Shown piece by piece: positions 63,226-64,000 of a stretch of DNA of 64,000 nt. The notes under the pieces are model-generated. The model had not been told where the DNA came from and made no database searches. It saw only the letters and a list, made by a program, of their open reading frames with translations. The DNA comes from Felis catus (Eukaryota): positions 101,680,001 through 101,744,000 of the forward strand of contig NC_058374.1 in assembly GCF_018350175.1 (NCBI RefSeq), in the 5' to 3' direction. A program made the position numbers and the translations under genes. Numbering within the stretch: position 1 is the first letter of the stretch; every line of letters starts with the position of its first letter.

Positions 63226-63858
63226 CCTGGAAAATACAAGCATCCTTATCAAGACCTTAAACAATCAGGAGCTTTTTCTGAGCTCCCCACTTTACTAAAA
63301 GTAATCTGCTTGTGGATAGTAAATACAACACATATAGCCAATATATATTTAATAATTTCTATTTGCAAGGCCCCAAGCTTGTGTTTTTTATATATTTTCT
63401 CATTAACATCTCTTGATTTAACCACTTCCTATCTATTTTTACCATCACTGATTCATTCAAGCCTTTACTATTTTTTCCTGTACTGCTGGAATAGTTCTCT
63501 GAGGGGTCTCCCTGTTGTATCTATTCACAATTTATTTTCTGGCTCTTTGTTGACTTTAAGATGGTAGTCCAACACCTAGTATGATTTGCAGAGGCATTTG
63601 TGATATCATCCTTTACCATCTTTCCTACCTTAAATCCTTTCAGCCCATCCTTACATCTTCCAGCTATATCAACACATTTGTAGTTCCTCAGATGTCCTTT
63701 TCTATTTCCTGACCCCCATCTCTTTCCTTTCTCTGCCTTTTTCACATTTCTCTATGTGTTATTTGTTCTATGAAGACTTTCCTTGATAAGCTGATGGAAT
63801 TCTTTGTGTCCCCACTGTATGCCGAGAGATTGGGGAGTGTTTAAAATGGATTATATCT

Positions 63859-64000
63859 GGGGTGCCTGGGTGGCTCAGTCGGTTAAGCAACTGACTTCCG
63901 CTCAGGTCATGAACTCATGGTTTGTGAGTTCGAGCCCCACGTCGGGCTCTGTGCAGACAGCTCAGAGCCTAGAGCCTGCTTCGGATTCTTTGTTTCTCTC
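63859..64000 (+). mobile_element. CanSINE (SINEC_Fc), cut by the window end
   Basis: ggggtgcctgggtggctcagtcggttaagc...gagttcgagccccacgtcgggctctg. Confidence 0.97.

Noticed and set aside
63130-63567. 145-aa hydrophobic ORF
   Set aside because: It overlaps the MER45-like end and T-rich degenerate L2-like sequence; the hydrophobicity reflects T-rich composition.
1-64000. CRISPR array, prokaryotic operon or defence system, or intact provirus
   Set aside because: This is mammalian repeat-rich DNA with no regularly spaced repeats, no gene-dense ORFs and no gag/pol/env frames.

Overview
Mammalian non-coding DNA from a cat-family (felid/feliform) genome, recognised by about 15 tRNA-derived CanSINEs of SINEC_Fc type and carnivore-type L1 3' ends. 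It is AT-rich, intergenic or deep intronic, and has eight N gaps that mostly sit in or next to repeats, as in a short-read draft assembly. I find no recognisable intact protein-coding gene, rRNA, tRNA or CRISPR array. The only recognisable protein in the ORF track is a broken L1 ORF2 C-terminus. The window is a layered repeat record: ancient L2, MIR, L3/CR1, L1M, MaLR, ERVL and hAT MERs; carnivore ERV1 LTRs; and young SINEs and L1s. Repeat names come from remembered consensus sequences, not a database search, so subfamily calls and boundaries are approximate. I see no convincing new biological system. The most interesting structures are: (1) an L1 that appears to have carried an older MLT1D LTR as a 3' transduction (6439-8348); (2) an unidentified GC-rich retrocopy splitting an MLT1A LTR (~18316-18716); (3) a tiny poly(A)-tailed retro-insertion with a perfect 15-bp TSD (17946-18034); (4) an ERV1 LTR cluster with promoter elements and a splice donor (13790-15757); and (5) a repeat-poor block at 24.7-27.3 kb with an enhancer-like motif cluster and a candidate minus-strand exon.
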